Position numbers and translations under genes: made by a program. From NCBI RefSeq assembly GCF_006345805.1, contig NC_043016.1, positions 28,334,001 through 28,398,000 on the forward strand: 64,000 nucleotides of DNA, read 5' to 3'. The notes below the pieces were generated by a model that saw nothing but the letters and a program-made list of their open reading frames with translations, ran no database searches and was not told where the DNA came from. Below, one piece after another: positions 13,003-24,929 of the stretch (positions within the stretch are counted from its first letter, which is position 1; each line of letters begins with the position of its first letter). The DNA comes from Octopus sinensis. Lineage: Eukaryota.

Positions 13003-15905
13003 CATCATCATTATTATCATCATTGTTATTGTTGTTGTTATTACTGAGTGAGAGATCAGTGCATGCCATCAAAGTGACACTGGGGTAAAATATATGTAAC
13101 CCAGTATATCCATCATGATTACCCATCTAAGAGTACACTAGACACATGCATCATAATCATGTGTGTGACATAGTGATCTCATATCAAGATAAACAGCACA
13201 TCACCTTGCAGGTTGAGTAGACCATCCCACTCAAAACGTCCCTGAATAAGGGTTGTTTAAGGATGAACAAAACACCCATGTTTCTAAAAGTGAATTATCC
13301 AAACCCCAAAGAATTCCTCTCAGCACATGGCTATGATGCTCCCCCATTACTTCTCCTTGTGATCAAAGATGCATGTATCATCAGCCACTAAAGAACATGC
13401 TCAACTAGTTAAGGTCAAACAACTGACAAGCAAATCTGTGGTATTGAGCAGAATATTTGCTGTAACCCATCTTTTATATCAAGACAAAACAATGTACATA
13501 ACTTCCAATCATTTAAGATCAGAAGCCATGAGACCCACTAACTGGTACTGTATTAGGGCATTTATTATTATTATTTGCATTTATTGCGGTTATTATCATT
13601 ATTATATCATCATCATCATTTGTGTTGTTAGCTGACAGAATCGTTAGCATGCCAGACTTTGCTGTTCATCTTTATGGAGTCAATAAAATACCAGACACGT
13701 ACTGGGGTTCAATGTAATCAATTATCCCCCTACCCTTAAACTGCTGGCCTTGTGACAAAATTTGAAGCATTATTATTATTTTCATCATTACGGCAGTAAA
13801 CTGGCAAAAACGTTAGCAAACTAGACAGAATGCATAGTGGCATTTCTTCCAGCTTTACCTTCTGAATTTGAATTCTGCTGAGGTGAACTTTACCATTCAT
13901 CCTTTTGGCATCGATAAAATTAATATCAATTGAGCACTGAAGTTGACGTAATCACCTATGACACTCTCCCAAATTTTAGGCCTTGTGCTTATATATATGA
14001 AAAAAATATTATCATCATTTGTGTTGTTTTAAATTCAAACCCTGCTCAGATCAACTTTGCTTTTAATTTCCCCATTAAATAAATAAAACACTACTCAAGT
14101 ACTAGCATTGATGTAATTGACTAGCCCCACTCTGCTTCTTCCATCAAAATTGCTGATCTTGTATCTGAATTAAAGTGTTATTATTGTGAAAGTGTCAATG
14201 GACATGATATTAGAAATAATTTAAGCAGCTAATTTGAGATTAGCAGATGCTCTGAGATGGTTTTGGTAGTATGAGTGTTGGGCCTCATGGAGGCAAAGTG
14301 GCTGAGTTCCTTTCAAGTGCTAGGCCCCACGGAGGCAAGGTAGCTGAGTTCCTTTCAAACAGGCCTCACAGAGGCGAGTTCGTTGAGTTCCTTTTGAGCA
14401 TTAGGCTTCATGGAGGCAAAGTGGCCGAGTTCCTTTCGAGTGTTGGGCCTCACGGAGGCAATGACCAAGACCTTCGGCATTATGTCGTGCTTGAGAAGAA
14501 AACCCATCAAGCTGAGCAAAATCGCAGTCATAGCAGATACCGGTGTCACACAAATGGCACCCATGCAGGTAGCATGTAAAAACATCCATTGCACTCCAGG
14601 ATTGGTTAGCATTAAGAAGGGCATCCAGTCGTAGAAAACCATGCCAAATTAGACTAGATCTTGGTGCAGTCCAGTCAAACTGTCCAACCCATGCCAGCAT
14701 GGACAATGGACGTTAAATGATGATGATCACCTGACAAAAAGGATATACAAGATCTGAATCCTATTAGTCAGCCTGTTATGCTTTTCTCTTTCAAATTGAA
14801 ATAGCTTTAACACTAAAAACTTGATAGTTAATATTATGTACAATTTTATGAAATTGTAAAATCGGTGTGGTCATGTTAAAAGAAGTTTGTTTCCTTACCA
14901 CATACCTCTGGGTTCAACCCCACTGCATTGTAACTTGAACTAATGTCTTCTACTATAGCCCTAGGCTGCCCAAAGCCTTGTGAGTGTATTTAGTAGATAG
15001 AAACTGGAAAAAGCCTGTCATGTTATCATCATCATCATTTAACTTCTGTTTTCTATGCGGGCATGGGTTGGAAGGTTTTGACAGGAGCTGATCAGCTGAA
15101 GGACTGTTCAGGCTCCATGTCTCCTTTGGGATGGTCCCTACAGTTGGATGCTTCCTAATGTCAGTGCCCTTCCTAATGTTGTATATATGTATGAATATGA
15201 TGTATATGTGTGTTGCTGCGACATTGTGTGATAGTTGTAAACAAATGTTACCTTCATGAAAACGGTGCCCTTCATTTTCCATGAAAACATGTCTAGTCAT
15301 GGGGGAATATTACCTTACTTCGAAATAGGTGAGGGTTGTTGACAGGAATGATATCCAGCCATACAAAAAACTGCAACAAAATTCCATCCAATCCATGGAA
15401 AAGTGGACATTAAGATGATGATAATGTAATGTTTGCATGTTTAGGAGACCTGAGCACTTTGACACACACACATATACACACAGTAGACTTTCAGTGTCTG
15501 TCTTCTAAATCCACATAACAAGGATTTGGTTGATCTGAGTCCATAGTAGAATACACTTGCCCAAAGTGCCATGCAGTGAGACTGAACTCAAAACCACGTA
15601 GATAGGAAGTGAATTAATGTATGCACACTGTTGATAGGCCAGTTACTGCAGTAACTGTCCTGAGATAACATCTCTGATGGACATGCTGTGTTAAAAACAC
15701 AAATCTCAGAGAATGACAGGAATTTATCACAGCAGCAAGGAAGTCCATAAGAGTTGTAACTAGTCTATCAATCATCCAGTCATAAAAACCATGCCAAACA
15801 CAGACAGTGGAGCTTGATGCAGCCCTCTGGTTTTCTACCTCTTTGTCAAACTAGCCAACTCATTCCAGCATGGAAGACAGACGTTAAATTTCTGTTAATT
15901 TCCTA

Positions 15906-15949
<44 letters not shown>

Positions 15950-18659
15950 ATCTCTCACACACACAAATTGAATGGGCTTCTTTCAGTTTCCATCTACCAA
16001 ATCCACTCATAAGGCTTTGGTTGACTTGAAACTGTAATGGAAGATAATTACTGAGGGTGCCATACAGTAGGGCTGAACCCAGAACCATGTGGTTGAGAAG
16101 CAAACTTCTTACCACACAGTCATATCTTTTTGTTTATTTTAAAAATGATTTCCTAACCTTCACCCCACCCCCTATAGGGGGAGCTTAGTGATTAAGGTGT
16201 TGGACTCATGATTGTAAAAGTGAGGTTTTGATTCCTGAACCGGGCAACATGTTGTGTTCTGGAGCAAAACACTTAATGTTTCTCCAATCCACTCGGCTGG
16301 CAAAAATTTGTAATCCTGCGATGGACCAGCATTCTATCCAGGTTGATGGATTTATATGCCATGAAAACCAGGAGGCTAGCCCTTATGAGTTAACACGACT
16401 TGAAAAGGTAACTTTTATCTTTTTTTTTTTACTCATTCCCTACAGAAAAGCCAAGTCAATCTTGTTAGGCTTTTAGCTCACAAAGATATATGAAGCTAAT
16501 CCCTAAAGCATTAATACTTTTGTTCCATTACATCAACCTGTTTTTTCTTTTAGTATTATAAATACCACTGCAGTTACCAATTGCAATTAAAAAGAAATAA
16601 CCCCTTTGTTTTAAAGTTTATGATGTAGCCTCAAATACAACTGATTCAAGTTGATAGATTTGGTTTGAGTTTATTTATTTATTCATTTTGTGTTTGTCCA
16701 GAAAATATTTTTATCTAAAACTATTTTCATCTGCTTTAAATTTACTGATTTTCTTCACAGAGCATTCAAGAAAGCACTCAATGATATTGTCATGTCCAGA
16801 AGAGCTATAAGGAATATGAACACTTTGTAAGTTACACAGTTTTATTGTTTTACAAAAGTTTAAATTTAGTGTGAATATATATTTTTTTATCATTTGTTTT
16901 GCTTGTTTCAGTCATCAGACTGCAGCCATACTGGGGCACTACCTTGAAGTGATTTTAGTCAAACAAATACTTACTTTTTAAGTCTGATACATATATCAGT
17001 CCTTTTTGCTAAACTGCTAAGTTGCAGGGATGTAAACAAACTGATACTGGTTGTCAAGTAGTGGCAGGGTGAACTAACACAGACACAAAGACACACATAC
17101 ACATTTGCATATATATCATATCATATATATATATATATTCTCTCTTATAGCGTCCGTTCTCCATGCTAGCATGGGTTGGACGGTTCAACTGGGGTCTGTG
17201 AAGCTGGAAGGCTTCATCAGGCCCAGTCAGATCTGGCAGTGTTTCTACGGCTGGATGCCCTTCCTAACGCCAACCACTCCATGAGTGTAGTGGGTGCTTT
17301 TTACGTGCCACCCGCACGGGGGCCCGGCGAGGCTGGCAACGGGCACGAACGGATGGTGCTTTTACATGCCACCGACACGGGGGCCAGACAGGGCTGGCAA
17401 ACGGCCACGAACGGATGGTGCTTTTACGTGTCACCGGCACGAGGGCCAGGCGAGGCTGGCAACGGACACGAACGGATGGTGCTTTTACATGTCACCGACA
17501 TGGGGGCCAGACAGGGCTGGCAAACGGCCACAAACGGATGGTGCTTTTACATGTCACCGACATGGGGGCCAGACAGGGCTGGCAAACGGCCACAAACGGA
17601 TGGTGCTTTTACATGTCACCGGCACGGGGGCCAGACAGGGCTGGCAAACGGCCATGAACGGATGGTGCTTTTACATGTCACCGGCACGGGGTCCAGACAG
17701 AGCTGGCAAACGGCCACGAACGGATGGTGCTTTTACGTGTCACCGGCACGGGGGCCAGACAGAGCTGGCAAACGGCCACAAACGGCTGGTGCTTTTACGT
17801 GTCACCGGCACGGGGGCCAGGCCAGGCTGGCAACGGACACAAACGGATGGTGCTTTTACGTGCCACCGACACGGGGGCCAGACAGGGCTGGCAAACGGCT
17901 ACGAACGGATGGTACTTTTACGTGTCACCTGCACGGGGGCCCTGATGTTGATCGACCTCAATTTGGTTTGATCTTGATTTTGACTGTTCTCACTGGTCTT
18001 GCCGGGTTTTCTCACGCACAGCATACCTCCAAAGGTCTCGGTCACTAGTCATTTCCTTGGTGAGACCTAAAGTTCGAAGGTCGTGCTTCACCGCCTCGAC
18101 CCAGGTTTTCCTGGGTCTACCTCTTCCACAGGTCCCCTCAACTGCCAGGGTGTGGCACTTTCGCACACAACTATCTTCAGCCATTCTCATCACATGACCA
18201 TACCAGCGCATACATCTCTCTTGCACACAACAACTGATGCTTCTTAGGTTCAACTTTTCTCTCAAGGTACTTACACTCTGTCGATTATGAACACTGACGT
18301 TACACATCCATCGGAGCATACTAGCTTCATTCTTGCGAGCTTACGCAAATCCTCAGCAGTCACAGCCCAAGTTTCACTACCATGTAGCATGGCTGTACGT
18401 ACACATGCATCATACAGTCTGCCTTTTACTTTGAGCGAGAGGCCTTTTGTCACCAGCAGGGGTAAGAGCTCTCTAAACTTTGCCCGCACCCACTACACTC
18501 TCGGAGTGGTTGGCGTTAGCAAGGGCATCCAGCTGTAGAAACTCTGCCAGATCAAGATTGAAGCCTGGTGCAGCCATCTGGTGCAGCCATCTGGTTTGCC
18601 AGCCCTCAGTCATACGTCCAACCCTTCTAGCATGGAAAGAGGACATTAAACGATGATGA

Positions 18660-18719
<60 letters not shown>

Positions 18720-21700
18720 GGGGAGTATAACTCCAAACTTACAGGAAAAAATTCAGTTTAGTATTAAATCAAATTTCACAATATAAATATGTATGTGTAT
18801 GTATATATACATCTATCAAATTCACTCACAAGTCATTGATTAGCCTAGGGCTTTAGTAGAAAGACACTTACCCAAGGTGCTGTGCACTGTGGTTTAACTT
18901 GAAGTCACATGGTTGCAATGTGAACATTTTAACCATACACCCATACCTGTGTCTCTATAAAATACATATATGGAGCTTCTGACACATATTAACATTGTTG
19001 TTGCTTTGTTCTAACATCCATGGCTTGTTTATTTGGGGGTTTTTTAATAAATTTTTGTTTTACAAATATAACATATTTATTCCTATGTTTAATTTGACTT
19101 TGCTATTTCCTCTCAGATATTTAATTGTCAGCATCTGCCAGAGACACTTTTTATTGGTAACACTGGTAGAATGTTTAAAGTGTGTTACAACAGTTTCTCT
19201 GCACTGACTGTCATTCTGTCTGTATCATATGCCAAACTAGCACAGCCATCATTATTCATTAATGACTTTCATAAAAATTCATTTATTCTCTTTATATAAT
19301 TACAATGTCAGTATGATTTACAGTATTATTAATTTGAAAATACACACACACACATGGCAAAGTCACATGTTCTTTTATTTTGTATTTTTGTTGGCTTTCT
19401 AGCTCTGTCTGTAGAGTAGCAAAACAGTTGAAAAAAGGGAGTGGGATGGAGAGAGAATTCAAACAGTTGACTGAAGGAAAATGAGAGGAAAACCAATAGA
19501 GTAATAGTGTGAGATGCAGAGAGAAAGAGGTAGTAGTTGGTGTTCAATGTGAAAAAATACAGAGTGAAAAGAGTGGTAGTTTGAGATAGAGAAGTACAGT
19601 TAAAAATGAATCGTAGTGAGAGGTAAAAAGATATAGAAAGTTGATAAAGTGTGGTAGTGATGAGAGTAGTATGAAATGGGAGAAATGCTAAATGAGAAAA
19701 GAAGAAAAGACAGACAGGCAAGTGGTAAATGTGGAAGAGTGACCGAGCAGAGAAATAAGAGAAACGGAGTAAATGGTGAGAGATAGAAGTGAAAGAAGTG
19801 TGTGTATGAGAAAGAGTGAGAAAGATCAGACAGTGAAATAGAAAGAAACACTGAGTTGAAGAGAGTATCAGAAAGAGAAAGGGAGAGACACAGAGAGAGT
19901 ATATGTCACAAAAGGTGAAATACAAAATCAAAGCGGAAGAGAAAGGGCGAGAGTAAAAATTGGAGACGGATGATTGAGGAAGATACTGTAAGAAGAAATA
20001 CAAGTAGTAAGCACATTTTGAGATATAACTGAGAAAGATAGTTAGAGAGAAAGAAACTGTGAATGAGAGGGAGGCCTGGACATATTTGGAGACACTAAAC
20101 CAGAATAAAGAAAAGCGGAGGAAGAATAAAAAAGTATTGTATAAGAGATAACTAAAGAAAGAAAAGAGAGTGAGACTAAGAATTAATTTGGTGACAGTAT
20201 AAGGTATACTGGAAGTATTTTCTGATTGATCACTCAGGAAGATACAATAATATTCTTAACATTACAATATTATCGTGTGATGTGGAACAATCTATTCATA
20301 TTTCTCTACAATTTGTTTGCATAATTTATTCCATATTCTAACAAACCCTGTGATTTTTTTCCCAGATACTCGGACAGTATAAAAATAAAATTTTATAGTA
20401 CAACTCAAATCAATTTTACAGCCTAATTGATACCAAAGATTCAGTTGCCCACTTATTAAGTGTAATGTACTTAATGCTTTATAAATTGTTTCTTCTTCTT
20501 CTTTACAGATATCCAGATGCAACACCAGAAGAATTGTCTTCAGGTGATAATGTCTGCATAATATGTCGAGAAGAGATGGTTACTGCTTGTAAGAAATTGC
20601 CATGCAATCACATTTTCCACGCGAGCTGTTTACGATCTTGGTTTCAACGTCAACAAACATGCCCCACTTGTCGTATGGATATTCTCCGAATTCCACGGCC
20701 TCAACCAGCACAGCCTCAACAAGCACAACCACAACAAAATGTCCCCCAGCCACCATTACAGCCACCACATCCACAGTTTCCACACAACAGTAAGTTTATT
20801 AATTCTGTTTCTTTCATTTTGTTGCTCAGCAGGCTGCTTTTCAAGTCAAACTTTTAGCTCCAAGCACCCTATGAAGCAGGTGTCATGTGGCAGGTCAGCA
20901 CCTTATTAACCGGGGGCTGCCCAGTTTGAGGTGGGCAGTAGCTAACCAATGGGACACGGGGGGGTCCCTCCCACCTTCAGAGGTAACCCGTAGCGCCCAT
21001 ATCTTATGCCAATCTGAATGGACTTAACACTCATGACTGCTACCTCCCATGTTTTTTCTGTTACTTTTTACAGCAGCACTGAAGTGTCCTCTCCAGTTTT
21101 GCACAGGCCTTGGCTAGAAATAAGAAAATCCTGGGTAGCCCAATCATCAGGATTCCTCCCTCGACCTTGGTGATGTAGACCAAAGGAGTGCAGAGCATTA
21201 CGTTTGGCACCAGCTTGGTTGCAGGAGCTGCCGGAAGAGTGTCGAGTCGAACACTAAACCGCCTTCGGGGCTGCACTCCGGATTTCTTTGAAGGTTGTCT
21301 CCTTTCCGTAACCCTGGATAGGGGCCCATACCGGGTACTGTCAGCCAGAGCCAGCTGAGCCCGGGACTCATGTCAGGCAGGGTCGTCACTCCCTGAAGTA
21401 GTGAAAAAAATCGCTACCCACTACAATGACTGATATCTTTTAATTAGTAAGAATATTAATTTTTGCAATGAATGGAGATGGCTAGTTATAGACACATGTA
21501 TTGAGATTATGAATGCAAGCATTAATGGCAGTTGTTCTTACACTAAGTAATCTAATTGAGATATAGCTAAATCTCTATTTAATCAGCTGTTCTCCACTAC
21601 CATAAATAATTCTTAGAAATATATTTGAGGCATTACATACATACAATGTGCGTGTGTGTGTATATATATTGTATGTCAAGCTACTGAACTGCTGGACACA

Positions 21701-24700
21701 AACATCACTGCTGCCCAAGCAGTGATGTCAATCACAATGACAGTACAGCTTCATCCGCTAATAACCTTGTCTTTTTCCATCGTATTGTTTTTCTTTTTGC
21801 CAACCTATCTTATGTTTTGGCTACCTCTCTCTCTTTGCCAATCACTCCCATTTTGACATCACCTCACAATATCGCAACATTCTTATTCTTGTCACTCTGG
21901 CACACATTCTGGTACAGTCACCTGTGTAAAAGTATGCAGCTTCGGATAATTCCTTCTCTCTAACAACTACATTTACACCCTTTCCCCATTTCTCAAATAC
22001 CCATTTCTGGCTTTTCTGTCATCACTGTTCTCACTCACTTCTTTCCTTGCCTCTCTACATCAGAACAAGGGCTTGCCACTTTTAATTTTTGCAATATAAA
22101 GTTGTTGGTTAAATTAGCAGAGGAAATGTTGATATATGCATGTGTATGTGATGTGTGTGTGTGCATGTGTATATATATATATGTATATATATATGTGTGT
22201 GTGTGTATATAAATTTAATAATATCAGGGTACCTATAGATGAAGACTTCGCCTAGTGAATTATTTTAGTTGCCTAGTCAATTATTTTATTTTCTAAAATA
22301 AGTCAGAAACCATGGTCCAGGAAACAGATGATAAATATTTTTATTTTTCATTCTCTTCAGGAACTTATCCCTAATTAGTGGTTTGGACTTTATTTGTTCT
22401 TTCTAGCATAAGGGCTTCCTATGATGGAAACCTCTTAATGTGTTTAAATGTAAACTGTATTTTATATGAATAATATATAGTCTATTGACTATATATTAGG
22501 CCACTGATAGTAAGAATTAAAAAAATCTTTATTACCCTGGTATTATTAATTATGTATAATGATTTCTGGAAGATTCGTTTAGAGAAATTGCCAGCATCTT
22601 TTTGCTGCCGACAAAAAACTGTGCTTGCGTGGTGGATTTGAAAAATTTTAAATGTATATGCAAGATGCACATGCTGGATTAGCCTCATGTTTATATGTTT
22701 AATCTTAGCATACCTGTTGACGAAGACTACTTCACCTAGTGAATTATTTTATTTGCTAAAATAAGTCAGAAACCATGATCCAGGAAATAGATGATAAATG
22801 TTTTTATTTTTCATTCCCTTCGAGAATTTATCCCTAATTAGTGGTTTGGACTTTAGCTGTTTTTCTAGTGTAAGGGCTTCCTATGATGGAAACCTCTTAA
22901 TGTGTTTAAATGTACACTGTATTTTATATGTATATATATACATTTGCCGCTAACCCTTAAATGTTCGAATCTATTCACTAATTCTGCTTGTTCTTAAAAT
23001 ATAACCCTTTAATTTGTTTAACCCCTCGGTACCAAGTTAATTTGTTCGTTACTCTGTTCATTTCTTCAAACCCCGATTGTTTTAAGTCTACTGTCCCCAA
23101 TCAAAATCTTTGCAGCCCGCCATTCGTTCGCGGTTCGCCCGCCCTCCCACCCCCACCACCCATACCGGAGAACACTCTGTTTACACCATCCTCACCGGAT
23201 ATCCCCTCTACCACCGCCACCACTACGTGTCTGTTCCTCCTACCCCTCCTCCTCAATATACTTTCTCACTATGTATTTTACCCCTGCCTCTCTCCCCTGG
23301 ACAGAAGCAGCTAGCGCTGCAGCTCATCAAACGTCCACTTAACCTGTTATCTTATGTTCCTCCTGTTTTGAAATGTGTCACTGCCTCAACCGGCTATCTC
23401 CTTCCAGCCCCCTCCCCCACTCGTGATATCCTACGTTTTACTTCCTACTTTTCATTCTGTCTAGAACCTGCCACCAACCCTACCTGTCATCGTTTCTCTT
23501 TACCCCAAACCTTCCCCACTGGTGCTCCCCTATATTACATGCACCCCCCACTCTCTCTGCCGGAACCCTCCCCCCTGCCGCAATGCAACGAAAAAAGGCA
23601 ATAACCGATCGTGGCCAATGCCAGACCCCTCTGGCACCTGTGCAGGTGGCACGTAAAAAGCACCCACTACATTCGCGGAGTGGTTGGCGTTAGGAAGGGC
23701 ATCCAGCTGTAGAAACACTGCCAGATCAGACTGGAGCCTGGGGCAGTCTCTGCTCCCCAGACCCCGGTCAAACCGTCCAACCCGTGCTAGCGCGGAAAAC
23801 AGACGTTAAACGATGATGATGATGATGATGATGATGATGATATGTGTGTGTATGTATATATATATATATATAATATATATATATATACATACACATATTA
23901 TAGGTGCAGGAGTGGCTGTGTGGTAAGTAGCTTGCTAACCAACCACATGATTCCGGGTTCAGTCCCACTGCGTGGCATCTTGGGCAAGTGTCTTCTGCTA
24001 TAGCCCCAGGCCGACCAATGCCTTGTGAGTGGATTTGGTAGACGGAAACTGAAAGAAGCCTGTCGTATATATGTATATATAAGTGTGTGTGTATATGTTT
24101 GTGTGTCTGTGTTTGTCCCCCTAGCATTGCTTGACAACCGATGCTGGTGTGTTTACATTCCCGTCACTTAGCGGTTCGGCAAAAGAGACCAATAGAATAA
24201 GTACTGGGCTTACAAAGAATAAGTCCCGGGGTCGATTTGCTCGACTAAAGGCGGTGCTCCAGCATGGCCGCAGTCAAATGACTGAAACAAGTAAAAGAGT
24301 AAAGAGTAAGAGTATACATATATGTGTGTATATATATATATATATAATATATATATATATAATACATATATGTGTGTGTATATATATATAAATATAATAT
24401 GTGTATATATATATATATATACACATATATATATGATGCTGACATGCAGTGTCTGTGCAAGACCCTGCTTCATCTTCGTAGTCATAAAGCGAGACAGATG
24501 AGTGACAACCAGGCCACTGGTGGTGGTGTAGCACACCATACTAATCATATCTGTTGGGCATGTGGAAGATAGTGTAATTCGGCAGGACTTAAATGACATG
24601 AAAAGGTACATGAAGCCCAGTTACAACTACAGCCGGCTATTACCGGTAAAGGTTTTAATTGCCAATTCTGTACAAGACATTGTAGATCTTTATATGGGAT

Positions 24701-24818
24701 AAAAAGTCACATTCGATCACAGCACCAGTAACAGTTAAGCTTCGTGCAATGGTCATACTCGATAACGAGGGGGCAGCCATCATCATCATATATGTATAAT
24801 ATATGTGTATATATAATA

Positions 24819-24863
<45 letters not shown>

Positions 24864-24871
24864 CCAAACCT

Positions 24872-24929
<58 letters not shown>

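Noticed and set aside
12835-13126. Poly-M, poly-S/L and poly-N/D ORFs; also the poly-Y ORF at 34774-35007
   Set aside because: Trinucleotide microsatellites
17176-18048. 290-aa and 225-aa repetitive ORFs; array superficially CRISPR-like
   Set aside because: Products of the 62-bp VNTR; units are contiguous near-identical repeats with no unique spacers, no cas genes, and a eukaryotic context
19329-20003. 224-aa hydrophobic minus-strand ORF
   Set aside because: Arises from a purine-rich low-complexity tract; no recognisable domain; a similar artefact lies at 55019-55438
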